Part shown: piece by piece, positions 1 through 9,930 of the stretch | How positions within the stretch are numbered: position 1 is the stretch's first letter | Layout: each line of letters opens with the position of its first letter | Assembly: GCA_965202615.1 (NCBI GenBank) | Contig: OZ241837.1 | Coordinates: 1,096,347 to 1,160,346, forward strand | Direction of reading: 5' to 3' | From: Arenicellales bacterium | GTDB taxonomy: Bacteria > Pseudomonadota > Gammaproteobacteria > Arenicellales > JAJDZL01 | Length of the DNA: 64,000 bases | Notes under the pieces: generated by a model | Told to the model about the DNA's origin: nothing | Databases searched by the model: none | Seen by the model: only the letters and a program-made list of their open reading frames with translations | Program-made: the position numbers and the translations under genes

Positions 1-327
1 AAGCCAGACATCGTGTTTCCAAAATACCGAGCGGTTATTCTTGTCCATGGGTGTTTTTGGCACGGTCACGGTTGTCACCTGTTCCAGTGGCCAAAAACAC
101 GCGAGGATTTCTGGAGGAAGAAGATTGGTTCGAACATTATGCGAGATCGAAAGCAGTTTTCCGCATTGCGTAAAGCCGACTGGCGTGTGGCTACGATCTG
201 GGAATGTGCGCTGAAGGGCAGGTACAGGCTATCTGTCGAAACGATTGCGGACACTTGTGCGGAATGGTTGTTATCGAACGAAAGTGAACTGGGATTGAGG
301 GGAGATGAAACTCGGCCAATTGCGTGA
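1..327 (+). CDS. vsr: Very short patch repair endonuclease Vsr, C-terminal part (5' end lies upstream of the window)
   Basis: The frame is open from nt 1. The translation PDIVFPKYRAVILVHGCFWHGHGCHLF...TREDFWRKKIGSNIMRDRK...WRVATIWECAL carries the Vsr core motifs I recall (HGCFWHxH, W..KI..N..RD, WEC). Confidence 0.85.
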   Translation, partial: KPDIVFPKYRAVILVHGCFWHGHGCHLFQWPKTREDFWRKKIGSNIMRDRKQFSALRKADWRVATIWECALKGRYRLSVETIADTCAEWLLSNESELGLRGDETRPIA

Positions 328-1519
328 TCACTTTGTTGGGGTTGGTGTCAAACGCCTGTCCGCTGTTGATGCGGACCTCAAAACGTCTAACCAGCACGAG
401 ATTGGAATCAACAAGGACATGCTCGGGTTCCTCGGAGAAAACCGTCGGTCGTATCAAGTTCTGTATATTTGGCTTGGCGATAACCAAGACGGTTTTTCCG
501 TCGAGGGTACCGCGACCCACTACGATGCGCGCGAAAACGTGGAGCACAAGACAGCGGAGTGGCGTCTGTACTATCTATCCAATGCAGTCACTGGAGCCAT
601 GCAGGAAGGGGACACCTTGTTTTTGGCGAAGCACAATGATGGTCAACTGTATTTCATCGTCGCGCCGGAGGGCTCCACTAGTGAACACCAGTTGCTTTGG
701 TTGTTCGGATTGCAACCGTCAGTCCTTAGGAAGAATTTTGTTTCCAGAGAGTTTCTGGATGATGGGCCCGAACTGGATTTTGCCGCACGCTACGTTCTTG
801 ATCAAATTGGTATTGAGTTCGAGAATCCAGAGGCTGACGAGTTTGACAAAATTATCAGCAGGTTCGACACGACGTTTCCAGATACCACTCAATTTTCGAA
901 TGCCGCGCGCCTTGCACTTCCCGAAGTGCGAGCAGAGGATGATCCCGATGCGGCCCTGCTTGCGTGGCTAGCCCATGAGGAGGCAATGTTTCGATGTCTA
1001 GAAAAGCGCATTATTTCACGGCGTCTTGAAGATGGATTTAGCGACGGTGACGAAATTGATGTGGACAGTTTCATCCGCTTCTCTCTCAGTGTCCACAATC
1101 GGCGTAAGTCACGTATGGGCTATTCACTTGAGAATCATCTGGAGGCAGTATTCAAGGCTTTCGGTATCAAATATGATCGGGGTAAGGTGACTGAGAATCA
1201 CCACAGACCCGATTTTCTCTTCCCAAGTGTGGAAGCCTACCGCGCGGCACCTGCTACAGGCTCTGCAGATTTGGCCATGCTTGGGGCCAAGTCAACATGT
1301 AAGGATCGCTGGCGGCAGGTGCTGGCGGAAGCCGCCAAGATACACAGAAAACACCTGCTAACCCTTGAACCCGGAATATCTGAAACACAGACGGAACAAA
1401 TGGCAGTCTCACACCTGCAACTAATCGTACCTGAAGGCATTCAAGACAGCTACACAGAAAAGCAACGAAAATGGTTATGGAATCTCGCGGAATTCGTTCA
1501 ATACCTCGGGCGAATGTAA
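305..1519 (+). CDS. EcoRII-like type IIE restriction endonuclease (CCWGG family)
   Basis: 404 aa, the same length as EcoRII. The C-terminal half (SVHNRRKSRMGYSLENHLE...HHRPDFLFPS...GAKSTCKDRWRQVLAEAAKIH...LLTLE) closely parallels the EcoRII catalytic domain as I remember it (NRRKSRAGKSLELHLE...KKPDFLFPS...VKTTCKDRWRQILNEADKIH). The N-terminal KRLSAVD...NQHEIG resembles the EcoRII effector domain. The start overlaps the vsr stop by 23 nt. Confidence 0.85.
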   Translation: MKLGQLRDHFVGVGVKRLSAVDADLKTSNQHEIGINKDMLGFLGENRRSYQVLYIWLGDNQDGFSVEGTATHYDARENVEHKTAEWRLYYLSNAVTGAMQEGDTLFLAKHNDGQLYFIVAPEGSTSEHQLLWLFGLQPSVLRKNFVSREFLDDGPELDFAARYVLDQIGIEFENPEADEFDKIISRFDTTFPDTTQFSNAARLALPEVRAEDDPDAALLAWLAHEEAMFRCLEKRIISRRLEDGFSDGDEIDVDSFIRFSLSVHNRRKSRMGYSLENHLEAVFKAFGIKYDRGKVTENHHRPDFLFPSVEAYRAAPATGSADLAMLGAKSTCKDRWRQVLAEAAKIHRKHLLTLEPGISETQTEQMAVSHLQLIVPEGIQDSYTEKQRKWLWNLAEFVQYLGRM

Positions 1520-2181
1520 ACCTTAGATTCCTTGGAAATCTGAGTCTGCTACAAGATTGAACGTAACAGATTTCCTATTCGAATCTGCAGCCACATTGTT
1601 TGTAATATCCTTATCAGGCGTGTGTTTGTCGTGCACCTTGGAAGACTCTTAGCCCTTGATCAGGGCTGTGCCCCTCCGACACGACCAAGCATGATATTTG
1701 GCTTTCTAGCGTACTTGAAACCGATGTGAGCTGCCTGTAATTTTCAATGACTATATGCTTGTTCTGTGCCTAGTGTTCAACGTATTTAGGTGCGGTAGTC
1801 CACAATTAAGGATTTAGAGTATGAGGGCTGGATTCCTGAATTTACTTCGTCAGTTGGTATGAGCGTAATAACTATATAAAGCCCGATGTCAATCGCACAT
1901 ATAGCAACCCACAATTGACTGATTTGAAATTGTGTCTCCAAAAATGCAAAAAGAAAAATGGAATTAAACATAAACAATAGTTGCCTAAACAGTCGCTGGG
2001 ATAATTGCGACTTCCACCTGATACGATTGATTTGGGACATAAAGTCGTCAATATACTCCGTCAGATCGGTGGCGCAACCAACAAATAAAGCCATAGATAG
2101 AGTAAAGCCTTACGGCGAGCAGTCAACTCACTTGCAAAACTGTATCATTGGTGGCGATTCTCTGCCTTTCCACGGTTAGAT

Positions 2182-4221
2182 TTGGAGTGTGATGTTGTGA
2201 AAGAGATTTATGATTGGGTTCCTTGGTTTTCAACACTTGCACAGAAAATTGTGACTGGCGGGAAGAATGATTTGGTTGAGAAAGCCAAAAATGTAAATTG
2301 GAACAACGATGAAAATTTGTCCCCACTGCTGAGTTATGATGACAAAAATATCGACCCCTTTTCGTTCTTTTATTTTCTGGCAAGATGCAATTCGAGCAAC
2401 ATACGGCCGATTGTATATCCAAGCATAAGCAGAGAATTTGATCTGGATGAACCGCCATCCTTTGATATAGACGACGCATGGCTTTTTCCGACACCTCTTC
2501 CTACTGCGAAAGTATTGTTTCATTCTGACGGTGAAGGCGATCCTGACTTGATGTGGGAACTTTTTGAGAGTGCTTGTCGAGGATTAGATCAAGTTCGGGA
2601 CTCGGATTTCAATAGAGCTTTAAAGATCAACAACGTCAAGAGGAGAAAACTGACTCAAACGCTTTTCCTCATCAATCCTGAGGAGTTTGTACCATACGAC
2701 AAACATGTGGAGACGCTATTACCTGAAATTGATCCTGACCCATTCAATTTCGAAAAGTACCGGCAGGTGCTTGAAAATCTCCAGAACAAATTTCCGGGTT
2801 GTAGTTTTCATGAGATCAACCATTTCGCTTTCACGAATGGGTACAAAGATTCCGTGAAATCAAAGAGAGAATTCTACCAAGTAAGTACGCGTGTGGGAGG
2901 TTATGAAGATGACGATCATTGGGAAGAATTCAATGAGAATAATTGGGTTCGGACGGGTTGGCCGGGCAGTGAGTCTAAGCGTTATCATTTAAATCGACCA
3001 GAACCGGGTGATATCGTTCTTGTTAGATGCGGTATGGAAGGACGAGGTATCGGAATCGTACACAAGAACGAGTATAAAAATGACTTTGCAGAAAATTGGG
3101 ATGATGATGCAAGAATCCACGTGGTATGGATCAATAAGAACGAGGGACGCCTTGTTACGCGCGAAAGACTTCGCCCAGGATTTAACAGCGCATCCAATTT
3201 CGCTGAGGCATTTCGGAAATCCCCAGCCTATGCACCGACTTTTCAAGTAGTAGACCCTATAGTCAAATCCAAAAAGAAAACAAACGCACAAACCCTCGAA
3301 AAATTAGCAAACGACTTATTTCTACCTGTAGAGTTTCTTGAGAATATCAAGACGCTGTTGAAACAGAAAAAACAAGTAATTTTTCAAGGCCCACCAGGTA
3401 CTGGGAAGACCTACGTCGCTCAAGAGTTGGCAAAACATCTGGTTGATGGAAAAAATCGTTGGGACCTCGTTCAATTTCATCCGTCCTATTCATACGAGGA
3501 TTTCGTTCGCGGCTATCGTCCGACACTGGAAAATGGACAACCGACATTCAAACTTAAGGATGGCCCGTTATTGCGGATAGCAGAAAAGGCTAGAAAAACC
3601 GATGATAATCACAAATTCGTCCTAATCATCGACGAAATTAACCGGGGTAACCTTGCCAAAGTGCTGGGAGAACTCTATTTCCTGCTGGAATACCGAGATA
3701 AACCCATTGAGCTGATGTACCAAGAGGAGAAAGAAGACCCTTTTGTATTGCCGCAGAATCTGTACATCATCGGAACGATGAATACCGCCGACCGATCCAT
3801 AGCACTTGTCGATTTGGCGTTGCGTCGTCGGTTTGCATTTGTGGACTTCAATCCACATGAGAAGCCTATCAGTGACGTTCTCGGTTGGTGGTTGCAGACA
3901 AATAACTTAGTAAAGTTTACATGGCTAGCTGAGTTGGTTTTAAACACCAATATTAAGCTACAAGGCTACAGTGCTGCCGCTATTGGACCAAGCTACTTCA
4001 TGAATAACACCCTTCTCGACAACAGTGACGTTGAGCGTATTTGGAAGCACGAGGTTCTGCCGTACATTGGGGAACAGTTCTTCGGTGATTCTAAGAAGGC
4101 GTCAGAGTTTCAACTAGATTCATTGAAGAAGGCGAACAGCAACTCTGGTTTGAGCGATGCTGCGGAAGGCGCTACGTCAGAAATTTCTCAAGTTCCGAAG
4201 AAAAACGATGCAGGAGATTAA
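2182..4221 (+). CDS. mcrB: McrB-family GTPase (AAA+) subunit of a type IV restriction system, with a long non-canonical N-terminal region
   Basis: Walker A FQGPPGTGKTY, VQFHPSYSYEDFVRGYRP, Walker B/McrB signature LIIDEINRGNLAKVLGELYFLLEYRD, and IIGTMNTADRSIALVDLALRRRFAF. About 370 aa precede the AAA+ core. The start is non-ATG (TTG at 2182 or GTG at 2197), so the 5' end is uncertain. Confidence 0.85.
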   Translation: MECDVVKEIYDWVPWFSTLAQKIVTGGKNDLVEKAKNVNWNNDENLSPLLSYDDKNIDPFSFFYFLARCNSSNIRPIVYPSISREFDLDEPPSFDIDDAWLFPTPLPTAKVLFHSDGEGDPDLMWELFESACRGLDQVRDSDFNRALKINNVKRRKLTQTLFLINPEEFVPYDKHVETLLPEIDPDPFNFEKYRQVLENLQNKFPGCSFHEINHFAFTNGYKDSVKSKREFYQVSTRVGGYEDDDHWEEFNENNWVRTGWPGSESKRYHLNRPEPGDIVLVRCGMEGRGIGIVHKNEYKNDFAENWDDDARIHVVWINKNEGRLVTRERLRPGFNSASNFAEAFRKSPAYAPTFQVVDPIVKSKKKTNAQTLEKLANDLFLPVEFLENIKTLLKQKKQVIFQGPPGTGKTYVAQELAKHLVDGKNRWDLVQFHPSYSYEDFVRGYRPTLENGQPTFKLKDGPLLRIAEKARKTDDNHKFVLIIDEINRGNLAKVLGELYFLLEYRDKPIELMYQEEKEDPFVLPQNLYIIGTMNTADRSIALVDLALRRRFAFVDFNPHEKPISDVLGWWLQTNNLVKFTWLAELVLNTNIKLQGYSAAAIGPSYFMNNTLLDNSDVERIWKHEVLPYIGEQFFGDSKKASEFQLDSLKKANSNSGLSDAAEGATSEISQVPKKNDAGD

Positions 4222-5434
4222 TTTACAGGAGCACCAAGAGAGTGGTCCGCATTCCCTTTCGAGTGAACAGCGGGACGAGTTGATATGTGCCCGGAAAATG
4301 CTTGCCATAGATTTGGGCATTGAACCTATTGCTGGTAGCAACGATCAGTATTTGCTGACCCCGGGAGCGACTATCGGCGCATTCGAGACAGCGAGTTGTT
4401 CAGTATTCATCGCACCCAAGATTACGATCAGGCAATTAGTTTCACTCCTCTGTTTCACTATTAGTCAAGTCAGGTTTCAGGAAGATGAGTTTGATTTTCC
4501 AGAGGAAGCCGCGTTGCCCGATGCTCTAGCGCTTGCATTCGGAGCCGCCGCACGGAGGTGTTTTTCCAGAGGATTGTTCCATGGCTACCGTACCCAAGAA
4601 GAGGCGTTATACGAAGTGCGCGGACGAATTAGGTTTGATGATCAAATTCGTCGTAGAAGCGGTGTGCTGTTGCCGACCGAGGTGCGATACGATGAATTTA
4701 CCGATGACATCTTGCTCAACCGTCTTGTCAAAGCTGCAGCTTGGAGGCTTCGCGGAATGTCGTTAGTCTCGTCTGAAGCATCCAAACAGTTGGCTTGGGT
4801 GACGGGAATGCTCCGTGGTATCGAGCAAGTAGAGTTTCCACGAGATGCAGTCCCGAAAGTGGAATTCAACCGTCTCAATGAACACTACCGGGGTGTGGTG
4901 ACATTGGCACAAATTATTTTGCGGCATGTCGCGTTCGAAGCAAATCGGGGCACTATCCGTGCATCTGGCTTTGTTGTGAACATGTTCCGGTTCTTTCAGG
5001 AGTTTGTGACGGTTGCCTTGAGGCAGTCGTTGAGAATTTCCGAATACGAGAAGTTCGGCGAGCACTACATCGCGTCGCTCGATCTAGAGGGCTCAGTTTC
5101 CTTAAAACCGGATCTGACTTGGTGGAATAGCGATGACTGTCAATTCGTTGGTGATGTAAAGTACAAACAAGGGAATGGAGACGTACCGAACGCTGACCTC
5201 TATCAGTTGCTTGCCTATGTAACCGCGCTTGACCTCCCTGGTGGAATGCTAATCTACGCACAGAACGAAGCCGACGTTGTGACGCACATGGTTCGCCACT
5301 CAGGCAAACGTCTTGTTATAACCGGGCTTGATCTTTCGGACAGCTTGGATCGAGTGCTTTCAAGAGTCGACGAAATTGCGAGGCAAGTAGAGAATTTACG
5401 TATCAATCCTCAGTTCCGTAGTCGCGTGGCATAA
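4208..5434 (+). CDS. mcrC: McrC-family nuclease subunit (PD-(D/E)xK)
   Basis: The ATG at 4208 overlaps the mcrB stop (4219-4221). The position immediately downstream of mcrB is typical. The C-terminal motif SLKPDLTWW...FVGDVKYKQ fits a PD...D/ExK nuclease core. Confidence 0.8.
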   Translation: MQEINLQEHQESGPHSLSSEQRDELICARKMLAIDLGIEPIAGSNDQYLLTPGATIGAFETASCSVFIAPKITIRQLVSLLCFTISQVRFQEDEFDFPEEAALPDALALAFGAAARRCFSRGLFHGYRTQEEALYEVRGRIRFDDQIRRRSGVLLPTEVRYDEFTDDILLNRLVKAAAWRLRGMSLVSSEASKQLAWVTGMLRGIEQVEFPRDAVPKVEFNRLNEHYRGVVTLAQIILRHVAFEANRGTIRASGFVVNMFRFFQEFVTVALRQSLRISEYEKFGEHYIASLDLEGSVSLKPDLTWWNSDDCQFVGDVKYKQGNGDVPNADLYQLLAYVTALDLPGGMLIYAQNEADVVTHMVRHSGKRLVITGLDLSDSLDRVLSRVDEIARQVENLRINPQFRSRVA

Positions 5435-6216
5435 ATCACTAGACCCAAATTCATTCCTGCTTCGCGTGCTAGTCGCAATTCTCAGTCTAGGTACGAAACT
5501 CGGTACTGAATCACTCCTTGACATGTTGGCACACGTTTACGACTACTTTCACCATTCCTGACTATGTACTGGACAACAGGTACTGCTTCTCGCAGTCGAA
5601 AGTACGCCCGTCCTCACCCTACCTCAAGTAAGGAGCTGTACCCCAACATGGATATCTTTAAAAATTATCATACTTGTGTTTCAACATTACTATCAGTAGT
5701 TCTCAAAGAGCTCTAGGTCTTCGAAGTCAAAGTCGCAAAATTCCACACAATTCTTGGGCACGACTGAATTGCAATATTGATCTGACACACCAAGTGGTTG
5801 AATTGAGTTTTGACCAAGTCAGCAACTCGATTCAGCAACTTCAGGACTTTCAATTTAGGGTGGCGACAGCCGCAGTGCCGAGATACCAGGGTTGTGGAAG
5901 TTTGTGACTTGCGAGCCTTGCACTCATGCAGTTGATGATGTTTGATGGGACAAGCCTATTCGTAAACTTAGTTTGGACACCGATGCTGCTCAAGTCCGGA
6001 AATGCATGCTATTTCTTCAGCGAATTTCTTGTGCTATTCGAAAATATAGTTCAGACGACGTTGTGTAGTGCAATGATTTCAAATAAATTAATTAAAACAA
6101 TTAATTAATGCTGTCATTTCTACCATGATTCTTGAACACGTCGATTGGCGTGTTCTGATATTATTTGTAGATGACAGCGATGCTGACTAGAAGACTAAAC
6201 AAATTGGAGAAGTTCG

Positions 6217-6609
6217 ATGTCTGAAGAGACCCCCGACCGAAGACAGGAAGAGACATTTGATGATGCGACAATCGAGCGACGATTGGCCGAAGAGTTGCCC
6301 CACTGGTACTACGAAAACGGTTGGATTCGTCGTCGTTACAAAACTATGGGCTGGAAGGGTACCCTGATGGTCATAAACGCAGTCGGACACCTTGCTGAAG
6401 CCGCATGGCATCACCCCGACATTACTGCATCCTATGCCTTTGTGATCGTAAAACTCATGAATCATGCTGCGAAAGGAATCACTGAAAAGGATTTCGAGCT
6501 CGCCAAGAAAATTGAAGAAATGGTGCACTGGCAGCCTGGACTTGAAGACGGTGCGCTCGAAGGAACACCGACCGATCAGAGATTTCGCTATATTCGATAC
6601 GATTCATAG
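6217..6609 (+). CDS. phhB: Pterin-4-alpha-carbinolamine dehydratase (PCD/DCoH)
   Basis: A small protein with LPHWYYENGWIRRRYKT..W.GTLMVINAVGHLAEAAWHHPDI...VIVKLMNHAAKGITEKD, the typical PCD pattern (..HHPd....y..v.v.l.tH...G.t..D). Confidence 0.8.
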   Translation: MSEETPDRRQEETFDDATIERRLAEELPHWYYENGWIRRRYKTMGWKGTLMVINAVGHLAEAAWHHPDITASYAFVIVKLMNHAAKGITEKDFELAKKIEEMVHWQPGLEDGALEGTPTDQRFRYIRYDS

Positions 6610-6650
6610 CTGAAATTCGCTTGTGCGAATTTCAATTCTGGTGATAGCAA

Positions 6651-7955
6651 ATGGAAGCCGTCATTAGTTTGGGATCGAATATTGGAGACCGCAAGGCGAA
6701 TCTGCACGCCGGGTTGGAGCATCTGAAACGAGCGGGTTTTTCGATTCGACACGTTTCGCCGACGGTCGAATCGCCAGCCCAGTTGCCACCGAATTCTCCA
6801 TCCGAATGGAATCGCCCTTTTCTAAATCTCGTCGTAATCGGTGATTCGACCAAGGAACTTGAGACTTTCTCTCAGGAGACCAAGTCTATCGAATTTGAAA
6901 TTGGAAAACCAGGTGATAGCAAGTGGAGCCCGAGAAAATTGGACATCGATATTGTTTCCTGGGGGAGGAAGACAGTCAAACCCGACCTTGGGAACAACAG
7001 TGTTCCAGAAATTTATATGCGCCCTTATGTGCTATCGCCATTGCTTCATCTGTCGCCGGGTTGGCCGGTTTCACTCGATAGGGAAGTCAGTGCGCTTGGT
7101 TTGAGTGCGTCCCGGGCGGTTGAATTTCACATTCCAACCTGGATGGGCATCATCAACGTCACGCCTGATTCGTTTTCAGATGGCGGGTTGTATAAAAATC
7201 TAGAGGACGTTCAGGCTGCGGTTGAACACATGATCGAAAGCGGTGTCAATATCATTGACATTGGTGCTGAATCGACGCGTCCCAACGCAGTTGCCTTGTC
7301 GGATGAGGAAGAATGGCAGCGATTGGAACCGGTACTCGAAATGGTTGGCGAAATCTGTGCGCATTCTATTCTTCCACCCAGCATCAGTGTCGATACATAC
7401 CATCCATTGAATGCACAGCGAGCATTGGAACATGGGGCAGATATCATCAATGATGTAACTGGATTGCGCGATGAAATGATGCTGGCGATCGCACGGGACA
7501 GCGGGAAAACCTTCATCGCCATGCACAGTGTTACCGTGCCGGTAGACCCTCAGATCAGCATTTGTCCGAAGGATGATGCCTGTGAAGTTTTCGACAAATG
7601 GATCATTGACAGGCGCGAATTATGGGAGTCAAAAGGTCTTGATCTTGACAAAATCGTCATTGATCCTGGTATAGGATTTGGCAAGAGCAGTTTACAGTCG
7701 TTGGAATTGATGCGATCAATTCGTCGATTGCGTTGCTACGGGCATCGTGTGCTCATTGGGCACTCCCGCAAACGGTTTTTGAAGTCATTTTCGAATTTCG
7801 GCAGCGCTGACCTTGATTTGGAAACTATTGGTGCATCCCTGAATCTGTGCGCACAGTCCGTCGATATTTTACGGGTTCACGATGTAGAGGGGCATATCCG
7901 GGCGTTTTTGAGTTGGGCGCATCTGCTTAACAACAAAGACGGCAAATCCGGCTGA
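6651..7955 (+). CDS. folK-folP: Fused HPPK (FolK) - dihydropteroate synthase (FolP)
   Basis: The N-terminus AVISLGSNIGDRKANL...FLNLVV...WSPRKLDIDIV is HPPK-like. The C-terminal part from GIINVTPDSFSDGG...DIGAESTRP...SVDT...INDV...DPGIGFGK is the DHPS pterin-binding signature. Both sit in a single 434-aa ORF. Confidence 0.85.
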   Translation: MEAVISLGSNIGDRKANLHAGLEHLKRAGFSIRHVSPTVESPAQLPPNSPSEWNRPFLNLVVIGDSTKELETFSQETKSIEFEIGKPGDSKWSPRKLDIDIVSWGRKTVKPDLGNNSVPEIYMRPYVLSPLLHLSPGWPVSLDREVSALGLSASRAVEFHIPTWMGIINVTPDSFSDGGLYKNLEDVQAAVEHMIESGVNIIDIGAESTRPNAVALSDEEEWQRLEPVLEMVGEICAHSILPPSISVDTYHPLNAQRALEHGADIINDVTGLRDEMMLAIARDSGKTFIAMHSVTVPVDPQISICPKDDACEVFDKWIIDRRELWESKGLDLDKIVIDPGIGFGKSSLQSLELMRSIRRLRCYGHRVLIGHSRKRFLKSFSNFGSADLDLETIGASLNLCAQSVDILRVHDVEGHIRAFLSWAHLLNNKDGKSG

Positions 7956-7975
7956 TTTGAATCGCTCATTCACCT

Positions 7976-8530
7976 TTATTGATTGCGAAACTCTGATATC
8001 GCGTCAATCAGCCACTTCCAGGCTTCTTCTTCTCTTGGCCCCGCGGTTTTTTCAATGGCGATTTGAAGATACGCCATTTCTGAGTCGATTTTTTCTTTGG
8101 GTAGCATATGCAGTCGACTCACCAGGATTGACGCTTCGATTATTGCGGCTTGTGCGCGATTGAAACCTGGAAATGGTTTGATTGCTTCCTGGTGAACTTC
8201 GGACAGGAAAACCCGAGGGCGAAGTTCGTCATCAACGCGATTCACGACCTGGAGTTCATGGCAGTGTAGAGCCGCCTCCAGTATGCGTCCTTTTACACGG
8301 TTTGCAGGTCGTGTCGGCCAGTCCGATCTGCCTGTCAAACAGCCTGCGTAAATTCGCACATCGTCAGTAACGTTAACGACAGCTGATTGAGTGGCATCGA
8401 GATTCATCAGTGTTTGTGACGGTTTGAATGGCGCAATTACGACGAGGTCATCGGAATGTCGAATACCCATCGGGGCGATATGTACCTTGCCGTTGGTGTC
8501 AACGGTGGTGACGACAACTTCGAGAATCAT
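7976..8530 (-). CDS. DUF447-family protein (methanopterin-cluster associated)
   Basis: The ATG at 8530 lies directly after the stop of the upstream DHPS-like gene (8533). The pattern MILEVVVTTVDTNGKVHIAPMGIR...VVIAPFKPSQT..NL matches the DUF447 pattern I recall. The first 19 codons of the tracked ORF are probably not translated. Confidence 0.6.
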   Translation of the reverse strand: MILEVVVTTVDTNGKVHIAPMGIRHSDDLVVIAPFKPSQTLMNLDATQSAVVNVTDDVRIYAGCLTGRSDWPTRPANRVKGRILEAALHCHELQVVNRVDDELRPRVFLSEVHQEAIKPFPGFNRAQAAIIEASILVSRLHMLPKEKIDSEMAYLQIAIEKTAGPREEEAWKWLIDAISEFRNQ

Positions 8531-8532
8531 GG

Positions 8533-9930
8533 TCAATTTCTGTCTTTTTTCGATGATTGCAGTGTCGCACCCGGTTTCTTGTACCAATCCACCGCCTGTT
8601 TTTCTTCAAAAATACACCCCCACTTCAGTTGGTGATCCTGTACATAGCGTTTCCCAAGTTGCCAGGCAATTTGTGCTTTTGCCAGTTCGACACCAAGATA
8701 GAAGGCATGCGCCCCGTCACTTTCCACATTCAGGTGTGAAAACAGCTCGTAGGGATCAGTCGATTCATGTAATCCATCGCGATTGAATATATGGATGCCA
8801 TCGTCGCTGACTTGGATTCTGAAACTGGGATCCTTGATCATGCTTGCCAGATCCCGGATTTCCTCTGCTGAGGACGGGTATGGTTTTTTATCGTGCAAAG
8901 CCATCAATCCATCACCGTAGTTTGTTGGCAAACTGGAGTCAGTCATGGCCGCGTGCATGATGCGTCGGGCAATATCGGTTTCCTGCACGACGGACCTCGC
9001 GTGTTTGCTGACTTGCGTGGTTAGAATTGCACTGACCCTGAGTTCCGAAGCAATTCCAAGCATGATCGCGTTTATACCGGTGGTGTCCGCATGAGTCAGT
9101 TCGGTAATATTGCCGGTTCCAATCATGATCTCGACTTCGGGGTAGCGGCTCCGCAGTTCAAGGTAGTTTGCGATCGATTCGGTAAACCCGAAGTGAATTG
9201 GATTAAGTATGGCATCGGCCAGGAATGGCATGTTTTTTGCCTGCATGGCGTCAATTGCACGATAAAGTGAATTTTGTCCGCGATCGCCGTATGGAATCAG
9301 AACAGGCACACTTGCAACTTCGTCGGCGATCCAAAGGGACTGCTCGGAAAGGCTTAGCAGATAGTCAGCTCCTGCCTGCCCGCCGCGCAAAAGATCATCG
9401 TCTTCGAGTGAATCAACGCTGGTTTTAAATCCCGCTGATGCCAGCGTCCGAACTGATTCTTCCAGATGAGGAAATTCCTGTCCAGGCAAACACCCCAAAT
9501 CGATGACATCTGCACCACAGTTTCGATAATCTTCAGCGATTTTGACAATCTGTTCAATTGACCGCTGTGGTGCATCGACGATCTCAGCAAAAATCTGTAC
9601 CGAATAATCATCAAGTGATACTGCCCGCTCAGGCGAACCGAAATATTCCGGGAGATCTTTGAGATCGACGGTGCCTCTGACAACTTCCGTGCCAAAGTGT
9701 CGGGATAGCGACTCTACGTCGCCGGCACACAACCCCGGCAGCATGATTTGATCAAATCCGTTTACCTCTCGCAAGCGTCGCTTGATCATCTCAGTTGTAG
9801 CGAGGGCAGCAACGCTGACGCCAATCTGGTGGATTTCATAGGTGAACCCCTTCGATTCAATTCGATCCAGCGTTTTGCGCAGACTGGCTTCAGCCAGTCG
9901 GCCTGTTATGAACAGGATTCGCTCAGGCAT
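8533..9930 (-). CDS. Dihydropteroate-synthase-like pterin-binding protein (H4MPT-biosynthesis type)
   Basis: 465 aa. The central region (ADVIDLGC...SVDS...) looks like a pterin-binding barrel but lacks the canonical FolP N-terminal motif. It is flanked by the flavoprotein and DUF447 genes, as in methylotroph H4MPT clusters. Confidence 0.6.
   Translation of the reverse strand: MPERILFITGRLAEASLRKTLDRIESKGFTYEIHQIGVSVAALATTEMIKRRLREVNGFDQIMLPGLCAGDVESLSRHFGTEVVRGTVDLKDLPEYFGSPERAVSLDDYSVQIFAEIVDAPQRSIEQIVKIAEDYRNCGADVIDLGCLPGQEFPHLEESVRTLASAGFKTSVDSLEDDDLLRGGQAGADYLLSLSEQSLWIADEVASVPVLIPYGDRGQNSLYRAIDAMQAKNMPFLADAILNPIHFGFTESIANYLELRSRYPEVEIMIGTGNITELTHADTTGINAIMLGIASELRVSAILTTQVSKHARSVVQETDIARRIMHAAMTDSSLPTNYGDGLMALHDKKPYPSSAEEIRDLASMIKDPSFRIQVSDDGIHIFNRDGLHESTDPYELFSHLNVESDGAHAFYLGVELAKAQIAWQLGKRYVQDHQLKWGCIFEEKQAVDWYKKPGATLQSSKKDRN

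Noticed and set aside
1786-2094. 102-aa hydrophobic minus-strand ORF in the EcoRII-mcrB spacer
   Set aside because: It has no recognisable ribosome-binding site or family motif and lies in AT-rich spacer DNA, where random hydrophobic ORFs are common. It could be a small membrane protein, but there is no positive evidence.
5435-6216. AT-rich ORF-poor stretch of about 780 bp after mcrC as a possible island boundary or att site
   Set aside because: I found no direct repeat of it elsewhere in the window, no tRNA or tmRNA, and no integrase remnant. The tracked ORFs (5674-5907, 5926-6108) have no features. It is only a compositional boundary.
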